DNA of 36,899 bases from a virus (taxonomy: Duplodnaviria; Caudoviricetes), in IMG/VR virus record IMGVR_UViG_3300033067_000382, positions 1-36,899 of that record. The stretch is one strand, 5' to 3'. Position numbers and translations under genes: made by a program. Shown here piece after piece: positions 35,950-36,899 of this stretch. Every line of letters starts with the position of its first letter. Within the stretch, counting starts at the first letter, position 1. Below the pieces are notes generated by a model, which ran no database searches, was not told the DNA's origin, and saw only the letters and a list, made by a program, of their open reading frames with translations.

Positions 35950-36323
35950 TGGCAAAAATAACAAAGAATTTTAGTTTAGAAGAATTTAAGTGTAAAGATG
36001 GCGGAGATATTCCGAACTCTGCACTTTTAAATATTGTTGAACTTGCACGTAATTTAGAAGTATTGCGAACTGCAATAAATAAACCTATTACAATTAACAG
36101 CGGTTACAGAAGTCCGAAATACAATGCTAAAATAGGAGGTGTTAAAGATAGCCAACATTTAATAGGTACTGCTGCGGATATTAAAGTTTCAGGAATGACA
36201 CCTAAAGAAGTGGCTTTAGTAATTGAAGGACTAATTGAAAGTGGAAAAATGAAAGAGGGCGGAATAGGAGTTTACCCTACGTTTACGCATTACGACCATA
36301 GAGGAAGAAAAGCACGTTGGTAA
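35949..36323 (+). CDS. Endolysin, peptidase M15A family
   Basis: NFSLEEF.C, INSGYRS, SQHLIGTAADI and FTHYD. Confidence 0.9.
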   Translation: MAKITKNFSLEEFKCKDGGDIPNSALLNIVELARNLEVLRTAINKPITINSGYRSPKYNAKIGGVKDSQHLIGTAADIKVSGMTPKEVALVIEGLIESGKMKEGGIGVYPTFTHYDHRGRKARW

Positions 36324-36326
36324 AAC

Positions 36327-36362
36327 AAAAAAACCGCTCTAAATTAATAGGGCGGTTTTAAA
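36327..36362. terminator. Bidirectional terminator between the endolysin and tmRNA genes
   Basis: AAAAAAACCGCTCTA-AATTAA-TAGGGCGGTTTT. Confidence 0.75.
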
Positions 36363-36615
36363 CTTTTACGTTGTTTTAATACGTCTTAAACAGCCATTCT
36401 TAAAGGCTCTCTAAAAAGATTGATAACTTTTGATGTTATTTTTTTTAGCTCTACTTACTACTTACTCTATTACTGTCAAATCCAAGCACCCCCATAATTT
36501 CGGTTTATTATTTTAATTCCTGACCGAAAAAGGAATCCTATAAACGCTTTGCGTGGTGGAGGTGGAGGGAATCGAACCCTCGTCCAAATAATAATTCAAT
36601 AATACATCAACGAAC
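36360..36615 (-). ncRNA. ssrA: Permuted two-piece tmRNA gene
   Basis: The T-arm and CACCUCC-A-CCA (ending 36554) precede GGGGGUG..UUUGAC (starting 36493). The G3.U pair is present. Tag ORF 36433-36386 reads SKVINLFREPLRMAV*. Outer ends are approximate. Confidence 0.8.
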
Positions 36616-36620
36616 TGATG

Positions 36621-36628
36621 CAAATTTA
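36621..36628 (-). promoter_or_regulatory. TAnnTTTG promoter element for the tmRNA
   Basis: TAAATTTG on the minus strand just upstream of the acceptor piece. Confidence 0.55.
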
Positions 36629-36673
36629 TAAAAAAATATTACATTTATTACAATTAATTAAAAAAATAACGAA

Positions 36674-36899
36674 ATGAAAAAAATAATAATTTTACTTTTA
36701 TTTTTAACGTCTTGCGGTTCAGTTAAAAAGTCAAGTTCAGTTATCGAGGAAAACACAACAACTGAAACCGAAATTACAAAGTTTAGTAATAGCTTTACTT
36801 TAGAGCCTGTAAATTTAGACAAACCAATACTTTTAGGAAAAGATACAATCTATAACACAAGAGTTATTTATAACAATTCTAAAGAAGTAATTAAGGAAA
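36674..36899 (+). CDS. N-terminal part of putative unimolecular spanin-like lipoprotein (continues at base 1)
   Basis: MKKIIILLLFLTSCGS lipobox; the frame stays open to the window end. Confidence 0.7.
   Translation, partial: MKKIIILLLFLTSCGSVKKSSSVIEENTTTETEITKFSNSFTLEPVNLDKPILLGKDTIYNTRVIYNNSKEVIKE

Noticed and set aside
36554-36590. Isolated tRNA gene or attP core copied from a host tmRNA 3' end
   Set aside because: There is no anticodon arm, and a matching 5' acceptor strand, helix partner, tag ORF, promoter and terminator are all present. No integrase is nearby. Secondary use as an att site cannot be excluded.

Overview
This window is very probably a complete, circularly closing 36,899-bp genome of an AT-rich tailed phage (siphovirus-like) of a Flavobacterium/Bacteroidota-type host. 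One ORF runs in frame from the last base into base 1, and TAnnTTTG promoter elements recur upstream of operons. The modules are early/accessory genes with four DNA methyltransferases, recombination genes (YqaJ-like exonuclease, DUF3127-like), a primase-polymerase, a candidate origin, an SF2 helicase, terminase, tail, head and lysis genes. The main unexplained system is an integron-like array at 639-5957: 11 gene cassettes alternate with 11 attC-like hairpins (TAAC...GTTA). Each cassette is bracketed by its own 14-15 bp inverted repeat, with an invariant mismatch at position 11. The hairpins appear to sit at the 5' side of their genes, and I recognise no integrase in the genome. Other highlights are a compact permuted (two-piece) tmRNA gene, a 39-nt stop-containing hairpin inside the Walker A motif of the large terminase (candidate ribosomal bypass or mini-intron), an HNH gene that appears to have replaced the 5' end of a methyltransferase gene, and a kissing-loop RNA leader before the primase operon. 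All protein calls come from motif recognition by eye; no database searches were run.
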